Part shown: in pieces, positions 50,836 to 64,000 of the stretch | How positions within the stretch are numbered: position 1 is the first letter of the stretch | Layout of the letters: the number at the start of each line of letters is the position of its first letter | Assembly: GCA_016748015.1 (NCBI GenBank) | Contig: JAAOMT010000175.1 | Coordinates: forward strand, 470,212-534,211 | DNA length: 64,000 nt | From: Geosiphon pyriformis uo1 | Lineage: Eukaryota > Fungi > Glomeromycota | Direction: 5' to 3' | The notes under the pieces: generated by a model | What the model was told of the DNA's origin: nothing | Databases searched by the model: none | What the model saw: only the letters and a program-made list of their open reading frames with translations | Program-made: the position numbers and the translations under genes

Positions 50836-53800
50836 ATACTTTTTGATTAAAAATAAATTTTTTAGTATAGTAAAAGTCTTCCAGTAATTTTTAATGTTGT
50901 TTTAGTTTTTGAAATCTATTATTTGTTGATTGTTTATTGTTGTTAAGCTGGTAAATTGTAGTGTTAATAAATTGTTTGTATTAATTTTAATTTTGTTTTA
51001 TTTTGAAAAGATTATTAATGTTAGTATGTAATTTTTTGGTTTTTAATAGATAATATATTTATAGTCAACTAGAAAATCAGTTTATCAAAATTGTTTAGTA
51101 TTAAGTTTGGAACTTTTTTTGCTAAGTTATTTAAGGCCAATATTGTTAATGATCATATCAAATTTTTTTTTTATAAGTATTGTTAAAAGTGTTTAAAAGC
51201 CTATATAATAACTGTTGTTTTTAATTTGGTTAAATCATATTTTGTTTCAGTGGATTTGAGTGTTCTGCTGGCATAAACAATTACTTGCTTATTGTTATTG
51301 TCATTTAATTATAATAGAATAGCATTAAATATTATATATAAAACATTAATGACTAATTAAAACTATTTATTAAAATTAGAATAAACAAGAATTAAAACTG
51401 TTGTTAATTTTTCTTTCAAAGTGTTAAAGACTTTTTGTTGAATAGAAGTTTATTAATATTTAACATTTTTGTTAATCAAATAATTGAGTATTTTGGCAAT
51501 TTCTAAGAATTTTTTGATGAATTTTCAATAATAAGAGCCTAATCTTATGAATTTTTTCAATTTAATAATATTGTAGGGAATTTAAAAGTTTTTCACAGTA
51601 TTAATAATTTTTAGATTGAGTTGAATTTTATCTTTGTTAATAATATGTTCAAGAAAAATTAAACTTATTTTTCCAAAATAACATTTTTTAATATTTAACT
51701 TTAATTTTGTTTTTTGTAATCATTAAAAAACTTTTCATAGATAAATCAAATAAGTTTAAAAGTTGGGAAATATAAATTAATATTATTAAGATAAATAACT
51801 ACTGATTGCTATAAAAGTTTTTTATATATAATATCTATGAGTTGTTAGAATATTGCTAATATATTATAAAGTTCAAAAAACATAATATTAAATTCATGGT
51901 TTTTTCTTAAATAGTAAAAACTGTTTTAAATCAGTTTTTTGAATTTATTTTAACTTGTTAATATTTGCTTTTTAAGTCTAAAGTTGAAAAAAACTTGGCT
52001 TTTTTTAAAGCTTTTAGTATGTTGTTAATTTTGAGTAAAGAGTATATATCTTTAATTGTAACATTATTTAATTAACAATAGTTGATACAAAATTAAATTT
52101 TTTTATTTTTTTAATAAAAACTACTAGTAAGGCCCAGAAACTTCTGTATAATTAGATGAGGTTATTGTTGAGCATTTGTTGTACTTTTTTTTAATGAATT
52201 AATAACTAGCTAGTAGAACTTGATAAGTTTATTGTTGTTTTAATAGAGTATCTTCTGTATAAATTTGATGTTGGACAATAATAGTTTTTTTTAAATCATT
52301 GTTGTATCCAACAAATATATTAGCATATTTAGTAATCAGTTGTTTTAATTATCTTTATTGTTAAGGTTTTAAAGAATTTATGTTAATTTTAGCTAGTTTT
52401 TCTTTTATGAAATAATAGTTTTTGGTGCTTAAAATAATGTTTGAATTTAAAAAAAAAGTGTGTCTTACAATTTCGATAAAATTAAAAACAATTTAAGAAG
52501 TTTTTTTTTGAAAAATATTATTATGTATAATTTTAATTTTCAATTTATTTAATAAAATAAATAATTATTAAGATTGTAAAATATAACTTAGAACTTTTTT
52601 ATTTTCTTAGAAATATAAACATTTGGAATTGAAATTTTATGCTTTAAACAGATTTGTTTATTTGATTTAAATATTTGTTGTGTAATAATAGGTTTTGAAC
52701 AAGTGTAAATTTTTTAATATTCTCTAAAAAATAAAATAATAATTGGTTATAAGAATTAAAGAATCTGGTAAGATTCATTCTGTGTTTTGAGAACTAAGTT
52801 GACTAAAACTATAAATCATTCAGTTAAGCCAAAATCTTGTGTTTTTTTTCTTTTTTGCTTAATTGTTCTCTATTGTTAACTGATTACAAACTCAAAATAT
52901 TAATTAAAGATAAATAAATGATTTAAACAATTTTTTGACATACTCAATTTTAAATGATTTATTTATTTTATTTTGTAATATGATTGTAATGTTTTTTGTA
53001 TATTTGTATTAATAATTTCTCTTTTAATGTTGATTTTTTTGCTGGCCAAAAATAATTAAAAAGCAATTTAAATCATTGCTTCTGGTAGAATTTTAAAAAC
53101 AATTTTTAAATTGATTTTTGTTAAGAATTTTGGTTAAAAGACCAAATTATTTTTGCCAGAATATTGTAAATTATATTTTATATTCATTTTGTGTGTTTTT
53201 TTTGGCTTTATTTTTTGTCTATTGTTGTTAAAATATTTAAGTTATATGGCAAACTGACTTTTGGTGAGATAAATTAGAATTGTTGCAATTTTTTTTTTTG
53301 GTTCAAGTTTTCCAAATTCAATTTTGTATTCATTACTTTTATTAGACAAGAAAATACTAAGTGCATAGTATTCTATACACTATTAATTATTATAAAACAT
53401 AACACATTTTTTATATAGTCCAATGTTTATTTGTTTTAATTATTAAATTTAAGCTTTTTTGGTCAAATAAACATAACTTGTAATTTGAGTAGGCTTTTAC
53501 TTTATTTTTATAATTAAATTTAGCTAATTTCATAGTATATTTAATATATTTTGTTTTTTTTATCTGGCAAAAATCTTTTTGAATTTTTCTATTAATTAGA
53601 ACCATGGCTAGTTTATAGATTATTTTTATATTATATGAATAATAATATAATTTGTTAAAAGCATTGTTGTATGTTACATCAAAAAGTGTTTTTTGTTTGA
53701 TTTTTTTAGAAATTAATAAAGCATATTGGCAAGTTTAGTTACATATTTTTTCTTTTATTGCTATATTAATCTTATTATATTCTTTAGGCAATAATTTTCT

Positions 53801-56800
53801 ACATATAAAATAGGATGTATTATCTTATTTTCTACTTTATTTTGAACTACTAAATTGTTTTCTGTAGTAGATTTTATAGTAATAGCAAGTATAAATTTCA
53901 TATTTTTTTTTGGGCAATATTTAAGCTCTTATAAATAAAAGTTTTTTGTTACAATTTCTGTATTTAAGTAAAATATAAGACAGTTGTTTTCTTGGTTTTG
54001 GTTTTAAATATAAAACATACTAATTATTAACTGGTTTGATTGTAAAGATGAATTGTTAACTGGTTTTTTCAAATTATAATAATGTTAATTATAATATAGA
54101 AGTTTTAAATAGCTGTTTTGTTTCTTTAACTTAATTGAATGTTAATTTAAGAGTTATGTAAGTTTTAGTAATCAGTTTTTTTTCTTTTTTCTCAAATTCA
54201 AACACTGAAACTTTTTTGGATTATTTGTTAAAAATACCACATATAGCAAATATTTAATTATATTGTTCTCAATATAAGATTTTAAGTTCTTGGATTTTTC
54301 AATTTAAATTTGTATTGGCTTTAATAAGCCAATTATTTTAATTAGAGCTTGGTATTAGAATACAATTATAATTAAAACTTTTACTGTAATAATAATTTTA
54401 TTAATTGTGAAAAGAAAATTGTCAATTTTTTCTACTGAAAATTTTTTTATACTATTAGCTATAACAATAACTGTTTGAGCTGGTTTATTCACATTTAATT
54501 TGAATTGTTGTATCAATAAGTATGTAATAATACTTCTAACAGATCTATTGTTTAAGATTAAGCAAATTTATTTATTTTTTACTTTAGCTTTAATTTATAT
54601 AGCTGTAATTGCTTTTTGTTTGCTGACTGCTGTATTATTAAGCAAGAATAGTAATTTGTTTGGTTCAAATTTAAAAGAAAATATATCTGAAAAATTAACA
54701 TTTTCGACAATCTTGGTTGATAGGACAGTGTAGTTGTTGCTAAAAAAATTTTGTTTTGGTATTATAGCTTTATCTTTAAAAAGTACAGTTTAATAAAAAT
54801 CCGATTTTTTTGATATTGTTAAATAGCTAAGTTGGATGTAAAAATAATTGAATCTTTATTAAATTGTATTACAAAAAACTAATTAATTGTTAAAATTAAT
54901 TCTATTGTTGTTTAAAAATTAATTTTGTGATGTAAATTGGTTTTGTTGAATCAATCTTTAAACAAATACTTAATATTATTGAATTAGTAGTAATTAATAT
55001 TATTAAACCTGTAGTAATTGCTAATATTGTTGTTGCATTGATTGTAGAACAGATTGGTAATAGTTGTTTTAAGATCTTAATAGATAGTAAGCTGGTAGTA
55101 ATTATTAATAATATGACTGTTAAGATTATAAAAAACATTAATTATTCCTTTGCTATTGGTTTTATTGTATTTTTTAACAGTCTTATTTCCAATGTTCTGA
55201 AATTTCACAATAGTAACAGCTTTGAGATTGGTTTTTTGATAATAATAATAAGTTGTTTTGGTTTTGTTATTATAGTAGTTAATATCTCTGTTATTGTTGT
55301 TGTTGTTAATTTGTGAAATAGTTTTCGACTTTTTTAATAAGTTGGTCAATCTTTTTTTTTGCTGTTAAACTGGTTTTTTTAATGACTAAGTTAATAAACT
55401 TGGTATAGTTTGCTTTTTTTATAACCATTTTGTAATTTTTTATATGTTAAATAGCTGTAATTAAATTTGCTAAAGCATGAGGATAAACTTTTTTTAATTA
55501 ATTTATCTTTTAATTTGGCAATAAATTGGTTTAAAATTTGAGTATTAGAATAGTACTTATTGGTTTCTAATTGTTAAATTCGTCAAAAAAAATTGTTGAA
55601 CTTCTTAAAATAGATTATAATAGATTTAGAAAGTTTTTGTTTAATGTTTTGAAACTGATTTCAAAGAGTAATAAAAGTGTTGTTATTAATAAATTGTTCC
55701 AAAAAAGCATTTTTGACTGCTTTAAGTTCTTAAACTATTCTTTTGCTGTTTTCTAAAAAAAGTAAGAAATTACTTTTAACATTTTTACTGTGTTCTAACC
55801 ATTTGTATTTCTTGCTTTTAAGACTTTGTCAAGCTATTTTTAAGGATTAATGATAATATTTTTTTTGTAAATTCAGTGATTTTTGCAATATAAGTGGTTG
55901 TCATTTTTTTTGTATCTTTGTTTTTAATAGTTTTGTTCTTAATGAATTCAACAATGTTTTCGTTATTATTGAAGTAATTATTCTGGTTTTCTGCTAAAAA
56001 ATCAAAAAAATTTGTATTGGTAAAAATTTGTTCAGACTGTTGTATTAGACTTTTTGGTAATATAAAGTCTTTTGGTTTTAAAAAATGGTTGAATGATAAA
56101 TTTAGTGTCTGGATTTATGCAAAAAAAGCTAGAAAAAGTGTAATTAAAAGTGGTAGTTTAGAACTAGTTTTTTATTTTGGTGTCTGCAAATGTTAAAAAG
56201 TTGTTTTTGGTGTATTAAGTGTTGTATAAATTGGTTAAATATATTTTTATTTGTTTTGGGTTTAGATTTAAGTTCAAAAATAAATTGTGAATTAACAGAG
56301 TATTTTTTTTACAAAATTTAATAATATTGTAATTAAGTTTTTTAAAGTAAATAGTATAATTATTAACACTAATGTTTTTTGAATCTCTGTTTGAATAGTG
56401 TATAAAATTTTTAACAAAATTTTGCTTGACTTCTGTAATATTGTAATTTTTAAAAAAACAATTATTAATTTAGTTTTTAATATATTAAAGAAATGTTTTC
56501 TTAAAAATTGTAATTCTGTCTCAAATTTCAAATTGTTGTTTGTAATAAGTGTAAATTGATTAATAGTACTTTAGAGTTATTATGTTTAATATGATTACCA
56601 CTTTGATTTAATTGTTGCTGTATTATTTTTGTAAAAGAGCACCAAATATTACTGAAGGTTTTTGGTCTCTTTTCTGAATATTATTAATGTTGTTTTGCTG
56701 TAAATTTGCTATTATTGGAAGTTGTTGAATAACTAATAACTGAATTTATCTTTATAATTTTAACTATTAGACTTATAAGTAAAATGACCAATTTTGTGCC

Positions 56801-57541
56801 AGTTATTTATATAATTACTTTGCAAGAAAAGTTAACTCTTTTTCAGAAATTGTTTATCTGAAAATTTACTAAAAATGTGTAGTTACTTTGCTGTAAAAGT
56901 CAACTCTTTTATAAGAATTTTGTCTGTAAATTATCTTAATATATATAATAAAAAAAATATAAAAAAATATAAAAAATATAAAAGAAAGAAATTTTGTTAA
57001 GAAAATCATTTTTTGTTTAAACTTAAAGTTATTAATGAATTACTGAAATTAGTAGTTAATCAATTTCAAAATATTAGTTGGATTTCAGAAAATTTCAAAT
57101 GTAAATAATTAAGAAAAAGTATTTAATATTTTTATTACTTTTGTAGATATATAAAAAATAATTAATTCTAACTTTAATTGATAATTTTAAAGTAAGATAT
57201 ATTTTTTCGAAAAAAAAAACTTTTTTTTATATAATTTTTTGTAATACTTTTCTATAAACTTGAACTTTTTTTTTGCTATAATTTCAATAAATTATTTCTA
57301 CAAACTATGAATAATTTCAGTAAACTATTAAAATATTTTGCAAATTTCTACAAATTCTTGAATATTATAGAGTTTAATATATTCTATAATCTAATTATTA
57401 TAATTTGTGTATTATATAAATTGGATTATTAATTGAATAATAATATTTAATAATTAAAATAGTAATAATATATGTTAATTGATAATAAAAATTATAAGAG
57501 TATCTTTATATTAACTAATGGCTAAAATTCTATTGGTAATA
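50836..57541 (-). mobile_element. Third Gypsy element (different LTR family), 5' LTR 56647-57541, gag-PR-RT-RH; integrase and 3' LTR missing
   Basis: The LTR end is followed by PBS TGGTGCTCTTTTAC (56631-56644). Decayed protease LILNNRSVRSII ~54520-54565; RT/RH ~50900-52300. Confidence 0.78.
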
Positions 57542-60500
57542 TTATAAAATTAAGAAGACAAAGAGTTTTTTTTCTATATTTTATTTATTTTTGTTTTATT
57601 ATTAAATTAATTAAATAAAAAATAAGTATTAAAATTATAATATTAAAAATAATTTGATAAAAAATACAAAAATAATATAAATTAATTTATTAATAGATAG
57701 ATAACTTACTAAAAAAAGTAATTAACTTTAAAATAAACTAGTTATTATGCAAAAAAAATAAATTACAAAATATTGTTAATTATTAATATAAAGTTTTTAT
57801 TTTTTATACAAAAAATTCAATTATAAAAATTTTTAGTAATATTACAAATTTACAATATTAATTTATAGAACATAATTACTTATAATTTTTGGTGTTTTTT
57901 ATTAAATATAATCTACAAAAAATAAAATATTATTAATAAAAATAGCAGAATTAGAATATATAAAAACAAGTTATCTTAAATTTATAAAATTTTATATAAA
58001 TATTATTAAAAATACTTGAAATTAACCAATGACAATTATTTAACTAAAAAATTTTCAATTTTATATTAATAAAAAAATATAATCTTTTTTAAAAAAATTT
58101 TTATAAAAAATTTTATTAATATTTAAAAACAATAAACAAAAATTTAACTATGAATATTAGTAATTATTTTTAAAAAAATTATTTTATTTATTTAAAAAAC
58201 AACAGTTTATTTTATTAAAAAAACTATTTTAATATTATATATTAAAAAATATAATCTAAATTTTATTGAAAATTATATTGTTACTTATTATAAAACCAAA
58301 AAATTTATATTTTTTGTTTTAAAACAATACAAAAAACAATAAATTATTAAAAAAATATAAAGCTTATTTCAAAAAATTCAGATTACAATTTTTTATGTTT
58401 TTATTCTTATAATATTTATTATTATTATCAAATTTTAGATTATTAATAACTAAAAAAACAATTATTCAAAAAAATTTAAAGATTAAAAAAAACTTAAAAC
58501 AAACTTAATTTTAAAATCAAAAAAATTAATATTATTATTGATCTTTTAGTTATAATAAGAATATAGAATTTTATAAAAAGATAGTTTTTTTATTTTTATT
58601 TTTATTTTTCAATTATTTCTTTTAACACACTTTTGTTTATAACTATAAAATCAATGGATTTTTTTACTAATAAATTTGGCTCTGGTTTGAGTAAATTGAA
58701 AATCTAGTCTAATATTAAGAACTAGTGTTTTGAAAGTATTTATTTTTATGATATATCTTATAAAAAACTAAAAAAATCTGTTGTTAATAATAAAGTTATC
58801 AAGTTGTTTGCTGGTTTTTTGGTTATTAATAATATAAAAATCAATAATATTGAACTATAAGGTCTTAGAACAGTAAAATTAATAATAAAATAAGCAGTAT
58901 TAATAAAATCTTGAATATTAAAAATATAAAAAACACATTTGGTAAAAAAACTAGTTATATGGATTTAATTGGAAATAAATAATATGATAAATAAAACTAT
59001 ATTTAGAAAAATACATATCAGGATATATGTTTTGAATAACAAGCAAAAATAATTTCTTTTAATAACTTAAATAATAATAATAACAATATTTTAATACTTT
59101 TAAATCTTAAGTTTATTGGCTCTAAACAATTATTATTAATTAAATTATGTATTTTGAATAAATAAAGTTTTAATATAGTAAAATTTTTTATATTAAATAT
59201 TAAGCTTTTTGTTATATCTAAAAAAACTTCTAATAATAAATTAATAACAGTAAAAAAAAATTTTTATTATGTTAATAATTTTGAAAAAGTATTCACTTTT
59301 TTAAAATTTCCAGAAATTATTAAATTATTTTTTATTATCAGAACTTAATTTGAATATAACAAAGAAATTAACTATTAATAAGAAAATTTTGGTGAATGCT
59401 AATGTTAAAAAAGTAAACAACCACTTAAATTAAGAAGTAATTATCAAGAAAATTTTTTTTAATCTTTTTAAATTGGCTATAGAATTAGTTTTTTCCAATT
59501 TAACAAAATTATTTCTGTTAAATTGTAGCTTATTGGTCTTTGGTAAAAAACTCTAGTAGAATTTAAATTAATTAAAATTGCTGATTTGATTGTAGTTAAA
59601 TAATCTGTTTTTATAAATAAAAATTTTATTTATATAATAAAAGCTGTAAATAATAAATAAACATAAATATATAAGAATTATTATTAGACTTTACTCTATA
59701 TATTGCTAATTGGCATCAATATTTATAATTTTTTTGATTTTTTGGCATTTTATAATAGAAAATTTTGTTTTATTGGCTACAATCCAAAAATATATAAGCA
59801 TAATAGATATATTATTATTTGTTTTATTAATAAAACTGCCAAAAAGTCTGTTATTAGTTCTGTTTTAATTTTCAAAAATGTAAATTTACATTGAACTGAC
59901 TTGTTTTGGCTTGTTATGTTTAATATAAACAGTTTAGTTATATTTTTGATAAGTATTTAACTAGTGAGAATGTGAATAATTATGGCAAAAAACTTGTTAC
60001 TCTTTATAATCAAGTTTAATTGACCAATATATGTATGAGAAAGTAGATTTCAATTGCCTATTCAGTTTTGTTTAATAGTAAAATATAAACACAAGTTGTT
60101 AGTAGTTTTCTTTTTCTTATAATGTTTTTAATTTCTGCTGATATTAATTTATCTTCAAATATTAAATATTTTTAGCTAATTTTAATAGAAGTAAATAACA
60201 GATTTGCTGTTTTTAAGTGCAATCTTATTAGTTTTATTAGTTTTACAAAGCAAGTTAATAAACTGGCTAAAAGATTGAATGCACTTAGACCAACAGTTTT
60301 TTAGTTTAGTTCTGAATATTAACTATTAATAACTTTTTTATTACAGAATTAAGAGACAAATATAATAATAAATAAGAATTTAGATGTAGCTATAAGTAAT
60401 AAAACTGTTACAAAAGTGGTGTTTTTTGATTTATTAATTATCTTAAAATTAAAAAATAATATAAACAATTTATTAGTTATAATTACAAGTTTAATATTCA

Positions 60501-63386
60501 AAATAGATAATATTGGTTTATATTTAAACAATTTTTTTGCTCTATAACTAATTTTGTTTTAAAAATAGTAACATATAATATTAGAAATATAAACAATTTA
60601 GTTAAGCAAAAAAACATTGTTTGTTGATATATAGAGTCTAAAAATATGGTTTTAATTATTACAAAAACAAAACTAAAAGAATAGATTAGGTTTTAAATAA
60701 AAAACAAGTTTTTTAATTTGAAAGTTTTTGTGTTTGGTTTGAATTTTGGTTATTTGGGTTCAAATTTAACTATAATAATAAGTAATAAATTGGCTTATTA
60801 TGTATACAAAGTGTTAAAAGTTTCAGATTATTTTTTGTTAATTTGTTTTTTGTTTGATAATAATTTCTTAATAATAATTTTAGAAATTTATACTGGTATA
60901 TTAACAAATATATGTTTTGGTTAGGCTAAAAATATTAATTTTTTTATTGTTAAAGTAATTGGTTTTAGTTTTTATGTGGTGCTAAAGAGTAATTTTAATA
61001 AAAATAAATTAAAAAAAAATGTTACTTTAAAAAATGTTCTGATTTAAGTTTGTAAAACTCATTTTTCGGAAATTTTTTGTTAAGTTTTCTATTTAAAGCA
61101 ACTCAAAAAAAGTAAAAAAGACTATTAATTACATTTTGTAAGTGACTATTTTTTGTCAGCAGTTATTGGTTACAAAGTTTCTAATATGTTCAAATTTTTT
61201 GATATTAAGCATAAAACTTTATTACTTTTTCTTAAATTGAATAATCTTTTAGATATTTATCTAAATTTTATGTGCAAACAAACTAATTGAATTATTGGAA
61301 ATTTGGCATAAAAATTACTAATAAAGTAAAATAAACATACTTTAAAAAGTGTTTATTATTGAATTTGTTTTCAAATTTACATAAATTTTAAGATGCAAAA
61401 AAGTTAAATAAGTTGGATATAATATAGAATATTTTGAAAAAAATAATAGTAAATTTAGTAAATAAAGTTTTTTATAAACATTAATATAATAAGTTCAATG
61501 TTTTAAAAAATAAACAGTCTTTTAAATTTTTTAAATAAAAATTCTGGTTTCTAAAATTATTAAAACTTTTGTTTTTAACAATGCTTTTAATTTTGATTGT
61601 TTTATAGGTATATAGTTAAGACTTGATAATACTAAAATTTTTAGTATGCAATTTTTAATTAATTATAAAGTAAAATCTAAAAAAGTTTTTATCATTTATT
61701 TGAAACCAGAAAGAAATATTATGCTTCAAAGTTTCGAAAATCAAAGTTTATTAAAATTTTGGCTATTAAGAAAGTTATTAATAAAAAAATAAAAAATTTT
61801 TGTATAAACAAAGACCATTGTTTTCAGATTGTCTGTATCAGATGTCTTAAAATCTGAGAAGTTTTCTAATATAAATAATAGTTTAATGGAAATTTGGTTT
61901 AATTGTATCAAAGTTTATACAGATAGATTCTTAAAAAATATTGGTTTTGCTTTAGTAGCAAGTAAGACAGCTGGTTACTTTCCAGCTTTGAACATAAATA
62001 TTGGGGTTAGAGTAAATGGACTTTTGTTTTCTACTTTGGTTGAGTTACAAGTTCTTGCTTTGGCTTTGGAATGTGTTTTGTTTTCATGTACTGTGATTCT
62101 GTATTTGAAAAGCCAATCTGTAATTGATACATATGTGTCTAAAGCTTTGTTTTCTGTGCTTAATTTTTACAGTTAATGTTGAATTAAAAAAAGACATGTA
62201 GCTAATCTTATTAGAAATAAAGATATTTTAGTTAAGTGGGTAAAAATCAAAGAGCATTCAGAAGTTTTGAACAATATTAAAACTGATGCATTGGCTGGTA
62301 AGGCCACTTTTTCTTTTTTTTTTGCCAATTAAGATTTGGAAATGGTTTTTGGTGGCCGAAAATACAGCTGTGTTTAATAATGCTCATTATTTTGTTTGTA
62401 ATCTGTACCAGTTGATTTGCCATACTTGTTAGAAAGCCAATTCTGATTATGACATAGTTCTAAGTATTATGATTAGAAAGATAGATTGGGCTGCTACTAT
62501 AAAAGTCTAACAACCTGATTTGTACATGCTCTTAGAGTTTACTAACAAAAAATTGGCTAATTTGCATATGTATTTGATGAAAACAGTACATAGATGACTA
62601 CCAATAGCAGTTAAGAAGAAATTATATAACAAAAATTATTCTGGAATGCTGTGTTTGCTGTATAGTAAAGTAGAGATGTCTTATCATGTTTTTATTTGTG
62701 CTAATAATATTAGTCTCTGTGAAAATGTTTTGGTTGAGACTGTTAAGAAATAAGTGTTATTGACAAACTCTTTTTGCTTATTAATTTCTATTATTTTACA
62801 TTCACTTTTGTTGTATTTTTCAGACATAGATCTGTATACTGCAGTTTGCAAAGATTTTGTGTTAGAAGATTAGTATGTTAAAGCTGTTTTGGTTTTTGAT
62901 AAGAAAGAAAAGACTGCTTTGGCTCTTGTCAAATATGTATAGTTTGTAGTAGAGTTGCATTATATTAAGATATAATTTGTTAAGTCCAAATATAGAGTAG
63001 ATATAGAGAAAACTAAGTTGGTTAAAGATAATAGTGTGATTTTGGACTTGTCTTATTGTGTAGTGTTTTTATTGTTAGATGGGTGATTTGTATGCTTAGT
63101 ATTATAGAATCTTTTACTGTTAGTTTTGGTAAATACAAAAGGTGTCATTTTTTTTCTGGTTTGAACAGTATTCTTTTTGTTGGCATAGATGTGTAATGTT
63201 GTCTTGTTTGGCTTAAATGGCTAGCCACATATAATAAATACATAAGTGTGTTTAGTTTGAGCCACTTAGTTTAGATCTATGTATTAAATAGCAGTTGAAC
63301 TATACTTGTAAATCTTATAATAATAATAAAAAATACAAAAAAAACAAAAAACAAATTAGAACTCTTTGTCTTCTTAATTTTATAAT
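57541..63386. repeat. Perfect 27-bp inverted repeat pair (57541-57567 and 63360-63386)
   Basis: ATTATAAAATTAAGAAGACAAAGAGTT and its exact reverse complement AACTCTTTGTCTTCTTAATTTTATAAT. Confidence 0.85.
58540..63350 (+). mobile_element. Decayed LINE with ORF1, APE, internal deletion of RT, RNase H, CCHC, 3'UTR and A-rich tail
   Basis: ORF1 remnants (59703 ORF); APE from ~60545; junction ~61820 joins the linker to pre-RNase H sequence; VYTD..ELQVLALALE; 3'UTR 63197-63310. 5' boundary approximate. Confidence 0.82.
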
Positions 63387-64000
63387 TACAATTAAACAAA
63401 GAATAAAAAAGCTATATTTATTATCTCTTTTAAGATATCTAATAAAGTTTTAATTAAAAAAGTTTTTTCTGTTATAGAAGCTGTTAAACAAAATGTCTTA
63501 AAAGTTTTCTCTTTAAATATTAATAGTGAAAAACTGTTTTTGATGACCACTAAAACATTATTTTTATCTTTGGCTGGTTTTTTTTCAGTTAAAGTTTCTT
63601 TGAAAAGATATATTTAAATTAATTTTAGTATTGTTTTCATTTTTTCTAAGAGCCCAAAAATTTTTAATAACAAATTAGTTAACAAACTGATTTTTTTTTC
63701 TATAGCTTCTATATCTAATATTGTTAATATTATCTTTTTAAAAAAAATAGTTAAAAAGACCAAAAATTCAAAAAAGTGGAAGCAGTTTTTTATCTTTGCT
63801 ATTGTTACACTAAATTTTTTTGTGATTTTTAATAAAATCTTAAATAAAATCTCTGTTGTATTGTTCAACATATTATCTAAGATAAGCCAAAATCAATTAT
63901 TAGTTGTGTTGCTAAATATAATATTTTTTATCAGATTTTTGTTAGTTTTAGAAGCAAAACAATTATTTTTTGTAAAGTCACTTGTTTTTAAGAACTAAGC

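Noticed and set aside
63400-64000. Minus-strand IIDFGLS segment as a protein-kinase remnant
   Set aside because: A single motif in heavily decayed sequence with no other kinase motifs; it could equally be TE-derived.

Overview
AT-rich eukaryotic (fungal) genomic DNA, mostly nested and decayed retrotransposons. The element proteins resemble those I recall from Glomeromycotina, especially Geosiphon pyriformis; this is inference, not a search result. Contents: (i) several copies of an RNase H-bearing LINE family (ORF1-CCHC; ORF2 APE-RT-RNaseH-CCHC; poly-A tail); (ii) four Ty3/Gypsy elements or remnants plus a solo LTR. The best preserved element (2062-12111) has a tRNA-Ile-like PBS, Cys-rich inserts, a dUTPase and an extra 3' ORF at the env position; (iii) a 57-bp tandem array; (iv) one intact host gene (36032-37509, 3 exons, 423 aa) in a CpG-retaining island. 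That gene encodes a bacterial-type GHKL/anti-sigma-factor-like kinase domain fused to a C-terminal STAS-like (DUF4325-like) domain. Two LINE junctions (765/766 and 22652/22653) are exact reciprocals, indicating a clean ~21.9-kb inversion. The repeats show heavy C->T/G->A decay at CpG and CpA/TpG.
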